Of a stretch of 36,662 nucleotides of DNA, positions 36,634-36,662 are shown one piece after another. Position 1 is the stretch's first letter, and each line of letters begins with the position of its first letter. A program made the translations under genes and the position numbers. The notes beneath the pieces are model-generated. The model did no database searches. It was given only the letters and a program-made list of their open reading frames with translations, and was not told where the DNA came from. The DNA is from a virus (taxonomy: Duplodnaviria > Heunggongvirae > Uroviricota > Caudoviricetes): the IMG/VR virus record IMGVR_UViG_2713896792_000001, positions 1-36,662 of that record. One strand, 5' to 3'.

Positions 36634-36662
36634 GTGTTGTATCTAATCGTGGGGGCAGGTCA

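Larger units (their letters stand above)
35442..36662 (+). mobile_element. IS3-family insertion sequence (termini TGACCTGC...), complete to the window edge
   Basis: Left IR TGACCTGCTCCCCGTTGATTAG at 35442; right end ...CTAATCGTGGGGGCAGGTCA at 36662 is its imperfect inverted copy; contains orfA and -1-frame orfB. Confidence 0.75.

Overview
Almost the whole window (1 to about 33855) is one mosaic lambdoid prophage whose left end runs off the window. Read right to left on the minus strand it carries a Mu-type contractile-tail/baseplate module (1-10265), HK97-type head and packaging genes (10262-16994) with a cos-like region and HNH endonuclease, a lambda-type lysis cassette (holin, R-like endolysin, Rz/Rz1), a late antiterminator Q, a nin-like region (DUF968, KilA-N, RusA, a LexA-DNA-binding-domain-only protein, a PerC-like regulator), an iteron-containing replication initiator, and a CII-like/cro/cI immunity switch. 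The plus-strand early-left operon follows (yfdPQRS-like genes, excisionase, tyrosine integrase). Cargo that looks accessory sits at three classic moron positions: an AT-rich two-gene operon with a 3-TM membrane protein between Q and the holin (19119-20122, my top candidate for an undescribed system), an orphan gene beside the repressor (26750-27184), and an AbiL-like ATPase + RloB pair between int and the attachment site (31748-33699). The prophage ends at a 31-nt copy of the 3' end of ssrA (33825-33855), followed by a CP4-57-type IntA-like integrase and an IS3-family element whose right inverted repeat coincides with the window end. All family assignments are from reading the translations and gene order, not from database searches; adjusted start codons were derived from the ORF track by residue offsets.
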